Shown here: piece by piece, positions 8,842 to 16,555 of the stretch
Position numbering within the stretch: position 1 is the first letter of the stretch
Layout of the letters: every line of letters starts with the position of its first letter
DNA from: Propionibacterium freudenreichii subsp. freudenreichii
Lineage (GTDB): Bacteria > Actinomycetota > Actinomycetes > Propionibacteriales > Propionibacteriaceae
DNA length: 32,000 nt
Direction of reading: 5' to 3'
NCBI RefSeq assembly: GCF_000940845.1
Contig: NZ_CP010341.1
Location: 150,001 to 182,000 of the forward strand
Program-made: the position numbers and the translations under genes
The notes under the pieces: model-generated
What the model was told of the DNA's origin: nothing
Databases searched by the model: none
Seen by the model: the letters and a program-made list of their open reading frames with translations, nothing else

Positions 8842-9697
8842 GCTGCCCCAGGTGGAGGCCCTGGCCGATTTCCTGCGCACCGATCTGGTGGGTTCGGTGA
8901 TCGAACGCCTCGAGGTGGGCGCGATCAGCGCGCTGAAGACCTTTGACCCGCCGCCCGATGCGCTGGTGGGCCGCACCGTCACCGCCATCAACCGCTTCGG
9001 CAAGCACCTCGACGTGGATGCCGGGGGCCTGCACCTGGTGTTCCACCTGGCGCGGGCCGGCTGGCTGGTGTGGCGCGAGAAGGTGCCGTCCACCGTGATC
9101 AAGCCGGGCAAGAGCCGCATCGCGCTGCGGGTGCGGCTGCAGGGTGGCGCCGGCTTCGACCTCACCGAGGCCGGCACGCAACGCAAGCTGGCCGTGTGGA
9201 TCGTGCGCGACCCCCAGCAGGTGCCGTCGATCGCCAGCCTGGGGCCCGATCCGATGGCGCCCGGGTTCACGCCGGCGGTGTTCCGGCAGATCCTGGCAGG
9301 GGCCGGGCGCGCCCAGTTGAAGGGCATCCTGCGTGACCAGCACGTGATTGCCGGCATCGGCAACGCCTACAGCGACGAGATCCTGCACGATGCAAAGTTG
9401 AGCCCCTTCAAGCCGGCCGCCAACCTGACCGATGACGAGGTCGAGCGGCTGTATGCCGCCATCCGCGACGGCCTGGCCGCCGCCACCGAGCGGGCGCGGG
9501 GGTTGGCCGCCAGGGACATCAAGGCCGACAAGCGCGCCCAGCTGCGCATCCATGGCCATGCCGGCGATCCCTGCCCCGTGTGCGGCACGCCGATCGCGTC
9601 GGTGAACTTCGCCGACTCGTCGCTGCAGTACTGCCCGGTGTGCCAGACCGGCGGCAAGAAGCTGGCCGATCGGCGCATGAGCAAGCTGCTCAAATAG
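8834..9697 (+). CDS. Fpg/Nei family DNA glycosylase/AP lyase
   Basis: The protein starts MPELPQVEA, giving the catalytic N-terminal Pro2-Glu3 of the Fpg/Nei family. An H2TH region is present (GIGNAYSDEILHDAKLSP). The C-terminal zinc finger is CPVCGTPIASVNFADSSLQYCPVC. The ATG at 8834 overlaps the aat stop (ATGCCTGA). Confidence 0.9.
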   Translation: MPELPQVEALADFLRTDLVGSVIERLEVGAISALKTFDPPPDALVGRTVTAINRFGKHLDVDAGGLHLVFHLARAGWLVWREKVPSTVIKPGKSRIALRVRLQGGAGFDLTEAGTQRKLAVWIVRDPQQVPSIASLGPDPMAPGFTPAVFRQILAGAGRAQLKGILRDQHVIAGIGNAYSDEILHDAKLSPFKPAANLTDDEVERLYAAIRDGLAAATERARGLAARDIKADKRAQLRIHGHAGDPCPVCGTPIASVNFADSSLQYCPVCQTGGKKLADRRMSKLLK

Positions 9698-9708
9698 CGC
9701 TGGCGGTG

Positions 9709-9868
9709 CTGTCGGGCGGCGGATGTGGCGGGCGGTGGGTGTGGCGGGCGGTGGGTGTGGCGGGCGGTGGGTGTTTCGGCCGGAGGATGTTCCGGGCAGT
9801 GGATGTCTCGCGCAGCAGGTGCGCTGGCCAGCAGGCGTGCCCGGGTGGGGCCGGTGTGGCGCGCGTTC
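9709..9868 (+). repeat. 16-nt G-rich tandem repeat array: 3 perfect copies flanked by progressively degenerate copies
   Basis: GTGGCGGGCGGTGGGT occurs exactly at 9725-9740, 9741-9756 and 9757-9772. Flanking 16-nt registers keep the GTnnCGGGCnGnGGAT pattern: ctgtcgggcggcggat, gtttcggccggaggat, gttccgggcagtggat, gtctcgcgcagcaggt and so on. Confidence 0.85.
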
Positions 9869-10003
9869 GCCCCGGGGGCGTTCGGCCTTGTCGTGGCGGC
9901 CATTGTGCTTGTGACGAAGCCGGCGCCGCGCGAGGGATTAGTTGTGCGCGAATGGGCCCGCGAGTGGGGGCGTCCTCGTAGGATGCCGAGCAAGGAGGTC
10001 ACC

Positions 10004-11539
10004 ATGACCGAGACAATGATGCCCGGAAACCAGACCACTGAGATCCCCGAAGCCCGCCCCGTGCCGTTCGCGCGCGCGATCGGTCCGTTCGTGCTGGCCA
10101 TGGATATCGGGTCGACGTCCACCCGCGCGGCGCTCTACGACGCGATGGCGCGTCCCGTGCTCGAGCAGAACGCAGTGGCCGAGCACCACTTCGTGGAGGG
10201 TGCCGACGGCACCTCGGAGATCGACGCCGACCAGATGGCCGATGAGGTGGCCGAGGTGATCACCGGGGCGCTGGCAGGTTTGGAGGCCGGCACCGTGTCT
10301 GCCGTGTCGATGGACACCTTCGCGGCGTCCCTCATCTGCGTTGACGCGCGGGGCAAGGCGTTGAGCCCGTGTATGACCTACGCCGATTCCCGTTCGGCAC
10401 CGCAGCTGGCCGAGCTGCGCAAGGTGCTCGACCTGGATGAGGCGCAGCAGGCGGTCGGCGTCCGGCTGCACACCAGTTACCATCCGCCGCGCCTGCTGTG
10501 GATCAAGCAGAACCATCCGGAGATCTGGGAGCACACGGCGAAGTTCGTCTCGCTGGGTGAATATGTGTTCACCAAGTTGGCCGGCGTTGACGCCTGCGCC
10601 ACCTCGACGATGGCCTGGGCGGGCATGCTCAACCGCCATTCGGGCAAGATCGATGAGTATCTGCTGAAGAACACGGATACGCGGGCCGAGCAGTACGCCG
10701 ACATCGTTGATCCCGATCAGCCCCAGGTGGCGGATCGGGCGCTGGCCGATGACCGCTGGCCGGCGTTGGCGGGAGCGAAGTGGTTCCCCACGATTCCCGA
10801 CGGCTATGCGTCGAATATCGGTGTGGGCGCTGTGGGCGCTGAGACGGTGGCGCTGTCGGCGGCGACGTCGGGTGCCATGCGTGTGATCGTGCCCGGCACG
10901 CCCGAGAAGCTGCCCTCGGGGCTGTGGGCCTATCGGGTGTCGCGTCACGAGTCGATCGTGGGCGGGGCGCTCAACGATGTGGGACGCGTGATGACCTGGC
11001 TCATCACGACTTTTGCGCCGATCGACGCCGCCGAGCGCGATACGGCGTTGCGCGCGGCACCGCGTCCGGATACGCCACTGGTGTTGCCCTTCCTTACTGG
11101 TGAGCGGGCAACCGGCTGGTCGGGCAATGCGCGGGCGGTGTTCTGCGGTGTTACCGCGGCCAGCACGCCCTGGGATATGTGGCGCGGCACGGTGGAGGGC
11201 GTCGCGATCAGTTATCGGCGCATCTTCGAGCAGCTGAGCAGCATCGACGGGAACATCAAGCGCATCCTGGCATCGGGTGGGGTGACGCATCACTTCCCGG
11301 CGACGCTCGACGTGATCACCAATGCGCTGGGGTATCCGGTGCATGTGGTGAATATGGAGCGCATGACCATGCGCGGCACCGCCATGATGGCGCTGAGCGT
11401 GATCAATCCCGACGGCCAGTTCGCCACCGCGCCGCAGCACTCGGTGAACAATCCCGATCCCTCGCAGGCGCCCTATTACGACGATCTGCGCAAGCGCTTC
11501 GAGGAGGTCTACGACGAGGTGATTGCCGGTAAGGAGTAG
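10004..11539 (+). CDS. FGGY-family carbohydrate kinase (gluconokinase-like)
   Basis: The N-terminal ATPase motif is FVLAMDIGSTSTRAALYD. The protein is 511 aa, and the C-terminal domain contains ILASGGVTHHFPATLDVITNALGYPVHVV. AAGGAGG lies 6 nt upstream of the ATG at 10004. The listed ORF start at 9725 runs through the repeat array. Confidence 0.8.
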   Translation: MTETMMPGNQTTEIPEARPVPFARAIGPFVLAMDIGSTSTRAALYDAMARPVLEQNAVAEHHFVEGADGTSEIDADQMADEVAEVITGALAGLEAGTVSAVSMDTFAASLICVDARGKALSPCMTYADSRSAPQLAELRKVLDLDEAQQAVGVRLHTSYHPPRLLWIKQNHPEIWEHTAKFVSLGEYVFTKLAGVDACATSTMAWAGMLNRHSGKIDEYLLKNTDTRAEQYADIVDPDQPQVADRALADDRWPALAGAKWFPTIPDGYASNIGVGAVGAETVALSAATSGAMRVIVPGTPEKLPSGLWAYRVSRHESIVGGALNDVGRVMTWLITTFAPIDAAERDTALRAAPRPDTPLVLPFLTGERATGWSGNARAVFCGVTAASTPWDMWRGTVEGVAISYRRIFEQLSSIDGNIKRILASGGVTHHFPATLDVITNALGYPVHVVNMERMTMRGTAMMALSVINPDGQFATAPQHSVNNPDPSQAPYYDDLRKRFEEVYDEVIAGKE

Positions 11540-11569
11540 GGGTGTGCCGGTGATTCGGACTTTGAGGGC

Positions 11570-12217
11570 TTAAGCAGCTTTACGGGCTTCACGATCCAGC
11601 ATCTGCCTAATGTCCCGTGGGGATTCATCGGCATTGAGCCGCCGGATCACCGACCATCCATGAAGAGTTTTCCCCAAATCGCTGGGGAGGAGTCCCGCCT
11701 CGCGGAAAAGTGATGCCTTCTTGGCCTGCGTTGTTTGAACTCCTGCGGCTATCCATGCATCCTTCTCGACCTCAGCGAACCCAAAGAAGGACCATGAGGC
11801 GCTTGCCCAGGCCATGGCAACGTCATCGGTTGTCTCTCGGAGGCCACCATCATGAGCTGATTCAGTCCGAAATGGTTCGAAACGGTCCCGGCGGCGGAGT
11901 ACCGGCTCGCCATGGAAGCGAGAGCCTAGGACTGCTTGGCTCGTTCCTCGTGTATTACGGGTCGGCGCGGTGCCTCGTCGCTCCCATTGGGGGATCGGCT
12001 TGATCGGAGCGGGCGTCTGCGGCTCATCAAGCTCCGCACGAATCTGATTAACGGTGGGGCTCTCAAGCGTTCGTTTGCGGGGGGACTCGACGAATTCTCC
12101 GATAGTGTGCGCCGCAGCCATGATCTCTTCCACTGGGCGGTGAAGTTGTTGCGCCAGTTCTTGCGCGCTCACGCGTCTGGGTGGATCAGGGCTGTGGAGC
12201 TTGGACTGAAAGGCCAT
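11570..12217 (-). CDS. Hypothetical protein (215 aa) adjacent to hsdR; N-terminal IF2_N/Rho_N-like helical segment
   Basis: AGGAG lies 7-8 nt upstream of the ATG at 12217. The gene has lower G+C like the R-M genes. Residues about 15-62 (RVSAQELAQQLHRPVEEIMAAAHTIGEFVESPRKRTLESPTVNQIRAEL) resemble the IF-2 N-terminal-type domain pattern. I do not recognise the C-terminal half (WSFFGFAEVEKDAWIAAGV...GLLPSDLGKTLHGWSVIRRLNADESPRDIRQML). Confidence 0.55.
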   Translation of the reverse strand: MAFQSKLHSPDPPRRVSAQELAQQLHRPVEEIMAAAHTIGEFVESPRKRTLESPTVNQIRAELDEPQTPAPIKPIPQWERRGTAPTRNTRGTSQAVLGSRFHGEPVLRRRDRFEPFRTESAHDGGLRETTDDVAMAWASASWSFFGFAEVEKDAWIAAGVQTTQAKKASLFREAGLLPSDLGKTLHGWSVIRRLNADESPRDIRQMLDREARKAA

Positions 12218-12249
12218 TTCGATCTCCTAGCAGTATGCCGACGCCACCG

Positions 12250-12255
12250 ATTATA
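12250..12255 (-). promoter_or_regulatory. Candidate -10 hexamer (TATAAT on the minus strand) for the orphan gene
   Basis: Plus-strand ATTATA at 12250-12255 reads TATAAT on the minus strand. It sits in the 97-nt hsdR-orphan gap, about 33 nt upstream of the ATG at 12217. No convincing -35 was seen. Confidence 0.3.
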
Positions 12256-12314
12256 TCGAACGCATGGACGATAACCGGGTCAGCTCCCGTTGTAGCCGGT
12301 GGCGCGGCCCCGCC

Positions 12315-15300
12315 TTAGTCCCAGTCCCGCACGTCCTTCAACAATCCGGCATAACGGTCGAAGAATGCCTGCAGCTTGGCCAGCACTCGATCCTTCAGCT
12401 GCTCGTGGTTGTTGGTCTTCGAGAACCGTGAGGCGGGCGGCAGGATGCGCGTGACCGCAGTGCCCGTTGTGGTGATTGCCCCATCGATGAAGGCGTCATG
12501 CATGAAACGCCGCGTGGGTTCTGGCCTGAGTCTCTCCTCGGCGATGATCTCTTCGAGTTCAGCGTCGCGGTGGCCTTCGACGAATTCGCGCCATTCCTGG
12601 CCGACGTGGGAGTCGACATTGAGGGAGTCAACGAAGGCGTTGATCAGGTCGAGCTTGTTACGCAGGGTGGGGCTGGCGCTGGCATCCCGGTTTATCTTGG
12701 CGCGGATTTCGTTGATCTCCTTGTCGCGCGGCCCGTCCTTCACCTCGAGGTACTGCTGGGCCAGCATGAGGATGTAGTCAACATTCACCTCCACCTGGCG
12801 CACGAGTTCGATCTCGAAGACCACGTCGTCGTCAATCGATTCCTTCTCGGCGTCAAGATGACTCACGAACTCGTCGCGCAGCGTGAGATAGCGGCTCTGG
12901 TAGTCAGCCATCTCACGTTGGGTCAGCAGTTCCTGTCCCTCGAACTCATCGAACACGCTGAGGATGTTGATCGTGCGCAGGAGCGCACCAAACTGCCTGA
13001 TGAACTCCTTCTTGGCGTCTTCCCCGATGATCGGTTCCCCGTTCGGGAACTGGGTCAGCAGGTCGTGCGTGATCTCCTGATATTGCGCGTAGTAATGCCC
13101 GAACGGCATCAGCAGCACCACGCCGCCAGCATCCTCATCGCCGAAGAGCCTCAATGCCTCGTCGGTCTCATCTTGGAGGTCACGGAAGCAGACGACGTTG
13201 CCGAAGGCCTTCACCGAGTTGAGGATGCGGTTGGTCCGGGAGAAGGCTTGGATAAGGCCGTGCTGGCGCAGGTTCTTGTCTACCCACAGGGTGTTGAGCG
13301 TTTTGGCGTCGAAGCCGGTGAGCAGCATATTCACCACGATCGCCATATCGAGCTCACGGTTCTTCAACCGCCGCGTGACGTCCTTGTAGTAGTCACCGAA
13401 CTGCTGGGGACTGGTGTCGTAGCTGGTGGCGAACATCGCGTTGTAGTCGGCGATGGCATCGTCGAGGAAGTCGCGCGACGACTGGTCCAGGCTTCCGGTC
13501 TCGAAGTCCTCTTCACCGAGCAAGCCGTCGGGCTGGGCCTCGTTGGGAGCGAAGCTGTAGAGCAGTGCGATCTTCAGCGGCTCGCTGGTGGCAGGCAGCT
13601 CGGCCCGGCGCGCCTTGAAGGCCGCGTAGTAGCGCTTGGCGGCTTCGATCGAGGCCGTGGCAAACAGCGAGTTGAATCCCCGGACCCGCCGTTCCTTAAG
13701 CGAATAAGACTGCTGGCGCTTGGTCTTCTGGTCGAAGTGGCTCAGCACATAGTCGACCACCCCATTGATCCGCTTCGGATTGAGCAGCGCGGCCTCGCTG
13801 TTGATGCCTGCCACCTGCTCATCGACGATCCCGGCCTTCACCTTGATCGTGTCGACATAGTCCACGTGGAAGGGCAGCACATTCCGGTCGTCGATGGCGT
13901 TGACGACCGTGTAGAGGTGCAGCCGGTCGCCAAAGATCTGCTCGGTGCTGCGCATTGCTGGCGACCCGGCAGAGCTTGAGTTCTGGGCAAAGATCGGCGT
14001 GCCGGTGAATCCGAAGATGTGGTAATTGCGGAAGGTCTTGGTGATCGCCTCGTGCATGGCGCCGAACTGGCTTCGGTGGCATTCGTCGAAGATGATCACC
14101 GTGTGGCCGTCGTAGACGCGGCTGTCAGGGTTCTTTCCGATGTAGCGCGAGAGCTTCTGGATGGTGGTGATGATGATCTTGGCTGTGGGATTGTCGAGTT
14201 GGCGCTTGAGCTCGCGGGTCGATGCGTTGGAGTTCACCGCGCCCTTCTGGAAGCGCTCATATTCGACCATCGTCTGGTAGTCGAGGTCTTTGCGGTCGAC
14301 CACGAACAGCACCTTGTCGATGGTGGGCATATCGATGGCCAGCTGCGCCGTCTTGAAGCTGGTGAGCGTCTTGCCCGATCCGGTGGTGTGCCAGATATAC
14401 CCACCAGCCCTGACCGTGCCCACCTGGCGTGCGTTGGTGGAGGTCTCAATGCGGTTGAGGATTCGCTCGGTGGCCGCAATTTGGTACGGACGCATCACCA
14501 ACAGCTTGTTGTCAGAATCAAAGACGCAGTAGCGGGTGAGAATCGCCAGCAAAGTGTGGCTGGAGAAGAAAGTGCGCGTGAATCCGACCAGATCGGTGAT
14601 GGCCTTATTGGTGGCGTCGGCCCACCAACTGGTGAATTCGAAGGTGTTGGACACCTGGCTGCGCGACCGGCTGGAGCCCGCGGCCTGGTCAACGTGAGTG
14701 GCGCGGGTGGTGTTGGAGTAGTACTTGGTGAAGGTGCCATTGCTGATCACGAATAGCTGCACATATTCGTAGAGGCCCGAGTCGGCCCAGAAGCTGTCGC
14801 GCTGGTAACGGTTGATCTGGTTGAAGGCCTCGCGGATGGCAACGCCTCGGCGCTTGAGCTCCACCTGCACCATCGGCAGGCCGTTCACCAGGATGGTGAC
14901 GTCGTAGCGGTTGGACCGCGCGCCCGAATCGGTGGCGTATTGGTTGATCACCTGCAGGCGATTGTTGTGGATCTGGTCCTTGTCGAGCAGGAGAATGTTC
15001 TTGTCGGTGCCGTCGTCGCGGTGCAGCAACTGGATGTGCTCGCGCTGGATGCGGCGGGTCTTCTCAACGATGCCGTCGCGGCTTCCTGCAATTGACTCGG
15101 CGAAGAAACGGGCCCATTCGTCGTCGCTGAAGGTGACCTGGTTGAGTGCTTCGAGCTGCGCCCGCAGGTTCGCGACAAGCCCGTCGGAGCTGTGAATCGG
15201 CAAGTATTCATAGGCCTGCTCCTGCAGGAGCTTGATGAAGTGTGCTTCAAGGGCAGCTTCGCTCTCATAGCCCTGATCATCGTCGGAGGGCTCAGGAACA

Positions 15301-15374
15301 TATTGGGCAACGACGGTGCGTTCGTTGCTGACGGCGATCGGTGCGTAGCGTGGAGCCGCATAGGAATCGGTCAT
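12315..15374 (-). CDS. hsdR: Type I restriction enzyme R subunit (type IC, EcoR124I-like)
   Basis: The 1019-aa protein has a nuclease motif (DVTILVNGLPMVQVELKRRG), helicase motif I (HTTGSGKTLTSF) and motif II (VIIFDECHRSQFG). The N-terminal layout parallels EcoR124I HsdR: acidic ESE...LE block, F.D.EW.RF, DG...KT. The start overlaps the hsdS stop (ATGA at 15371-15374). Confidence 0.93.
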   Translation of the reverse strand: MTDSYAAPRYAPIAVSNERTVVAQYVPEPSDDDQGYESEAALEAHFIKLLQEQAYEYLPIHSSDGLVANLRAQLEALNQVTFSDDEWARFFAESIAGSRDGIVEKTRRIQREHIQLLHRDDGTDKNILLLDKDQIHNNRLQVINQYATDSGARSNRYDVTILVNGLPMVQVELKRRGVAIREAFNQINRYQRDSFWADSGLYEYVQLFVISNGTFTKYYSNTTRATHVDQAAGSSRSRSQVSNTFEFTSWWADATNKAITDLVGFTRTFFSSHTLLAILTRYCVFDSDNKLLVMRPYQIAATERILNRIETSTNARQVGTVRAGGYIWHTTGSGKTLTSFKTAQLAIDMPTIDKVLFVVDRKDLDYQTMVEYERFQKGAVNSNASTRELKRQLDNPTAKIIITTIQKLSRYIGKNPDSRVYDGHTVIIFDECHRSQFGAMHEAITKTFRNYHIFGFTGTPIFAQNSSSAGSPAMRSTEQIFGDRLHLYTVVNAIDDRNVLPFHVDYVDTIKVKAGIVDEQVAGINSEAALLNPKRINGVVDYVLSHFDQKTKRQQSYSLKERRVRGFNSLFATASIEAAKRYYAAFKARRAELPATSEPLKIALLYSFAPNEAQPDGLLGEEDFETGSLDQSSRDFLDDAIADYNAMFATSYDTSPQQFGDYYKDVTRRLKNRELDMAIVVNMLLTGFDAKTLNTLWVDKNLRQHGLIQAFSRTNRILNSVKAFGNVVCFRDLQDETDEALRLFGDEDAGGVVLLMPFGHYYAQYQEITHDLLTQFPNGEPIIGEDAKKEFIRQFGALLRTINILSVFDEFEGQELLTQREMADYQSRYLTLRDEFVSHLDAEKESIDDDVVFEIELVRQVEVNVDYILMLAQQYLEVKDGPRDKEINEIRAKINRDASASPTLRNKLDLINAFVDSLNVDSHVGQEWREFVEGHRDAELEEIIAEERLRPEPTRRFMHDAFIDGAITTTGTAVTRILPPASRFSKTNNHEQLKDRVLAKLQAFFDRYAGLLKDVRDWD

Positions 15375-16555
15375 GACTTCAGCTCCTTGAAGGTAAGCAA
15401 CTTGTCTCTGTAGTACTCGTACTGCTGACGACGTGCGTTAAGTTCGGCTGGGAGCCCCGAGGTGAGGCCGTTAACGAGGGTGTCAAAGGAATCTAGAGTG
15501 CGTCCGATCGCGCGTTGTCTATCCAATGGAGGGATAGGGATCATCAATTTCCCGAATCTCGTGCGGGACACGTTAAAGCGAGTCACCCCCGCTGCAGCCT
15601 TAGGAATCTCCTTGCGGAAGGCTCGGGAGCGAAAGACATGAGATAGATAGGGGAGGTCCAGGCCGTCAGTATGGGAAGGTCTCAGGCCAAAACAGAAGCT
15701 ATTAAGGAATAGATTGGCCTCAGGTTGCCCCCGAATAACCGATGACGTAGCGCATTCGTTCAGGTTCTCGGAGGAAAGGGTGAACAGAATATCGCCATGT
15801 TGAACTCTGTTTTGGCGCTCATCTGGGCCGATGGAAACGTGGCGCGTATCAGTTAAGTCAGTTGTCGGGTTCTGGAACACATTCATATAGGGGATAAAGA
15901 GAGACTCTCCTCGATCAAAGTCGCTCTTGGTCTTCCCGGTCAGTCCCGAGTAAAAGATGCCCGTATCATTCAACGTGACCCACCTGATCTGCGAGGGGGG
16001 GGTCTCGTTGAATGACAGTAACTGGTCGCGGTAGTACTCGTACTGCGCGCGGCGAGCTTCCAGCTCCGCTTCCAGCTCCGCTTCCAGCTCCGCTTCCAAG
16101 TCTGTGAATGTGTCCAGAATCTTTACGATCTCATGCTGCACCACGAGCGGGGGGACAGGGATCCCAATTCTATTAAGGATGGTCTGGGTGAGACTCGGGA
16201 CGCCCCCGGCTTGATTCATTTCTTCGAGATGAAGGGTCGCCAGGTAGTAATAGAAGAATTTTGGATTCAGTTCGGGGCCGATCTCGGTGTAAAAAATCGT
16301 GTCAACGGTCCAAAAAGGCGTGTCAACAAAGTAGAGCTTGTTCAGTGATCCCTTTCGGGGGATGAGGACGGACGGTCCGGCGAACGCCGCGGTATCCACA
16401 TGCGCCATCACGCCGCCGGTGCCGAATACCGGGACGGTACCGATGCCCAAGTGTTTGTAGTCTTTGCCGTTCCGGATTCGGGTGACTTCACCTAGGGGGC
16501 GGAACGGGACTCCATCCGGACACAGCCGCTCGACCAGCTCCTCAACCCGGCTCAC
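15371..16555 (-). CDS. hsdS: Type I restriction-modification specificity subunit
   Basis: Two target-recognition domains are separated by a central helical spacer, LEAELEAELEAELEARRAQYEYYRDQLLSF, which is mirrored at the C-terminus by LPAELNARRQQYEYYRDKLLTF. This gene has the lowest G+C in the window. The GTG start at 16555 overlaps the hsdM stop (GTGA). Confidence 0.92.
   Translation of the reverse strand: MSRVEELVERLCPDGVPFRPLGEVTRIRNGKDYKHLGIGTVPVFGTGGVMAHVDTAAFAGPSVLIPRKGSLNKLYFVDTPFWTVDTIFYTEIGPELNPKFFYYYLATLHLEEMNQAGGVPSLTQTILNRIGIPVPPLVVQHEIVKILDTFTDLEAELEAELEAELEARRAQYEYYRDQLLSFNETPPSQIRWVTLNDTGIFYSGLTGKTKSDFDRGESLFIPYMNVFQNPTTDLTDTRHVSIGPDERQNRVQHGDILFTLSSENLNECATSSVIRGQPEANLFLNSFCFGLRPSHTDGLDLPYLSHVFRSRAFRKEIPKAAAGVTRFNVSRTRFGKLMIPIPPLDRQRAIGRTLDSFDTLVNGLTSGLPAELNARRQQYEYYRDKLLTFKELKS
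16056..16103 (-). repeat. 12-bp tandem repeat (3 perfect copies plus 1 partial) encoding (LEAE)n in the hsdS central conserved region
   Basis: Plus-strand GCTTCCAGCTCC occurs at 16056-16067, 16068-16079 and 16080-16091. It is followed by the partial copy GCTTCCAAGTCT at 16092-16103. Confidence 0.9.

Noticed and set aside
9938-11440. Long antisense or out-of-frame ORFs with R/G/H/P-rich translations. Examples are 9938..11440(-) 500 aa, 12498..13979(+) 493 aa, 20007..21488(+) 493 aa, 18391..19503(+) 370 aa, 5626..6591(-), 849..1811(-), 3364..4131(-), 26582..27826(-) and 23659..25173(-).
   Set aside because: Each lies opposite or out of frame to a gene with clear family motifs. Their amino-acid composition is the typical mirror of GC3-rich coding sequence. 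No motifs were recognised.
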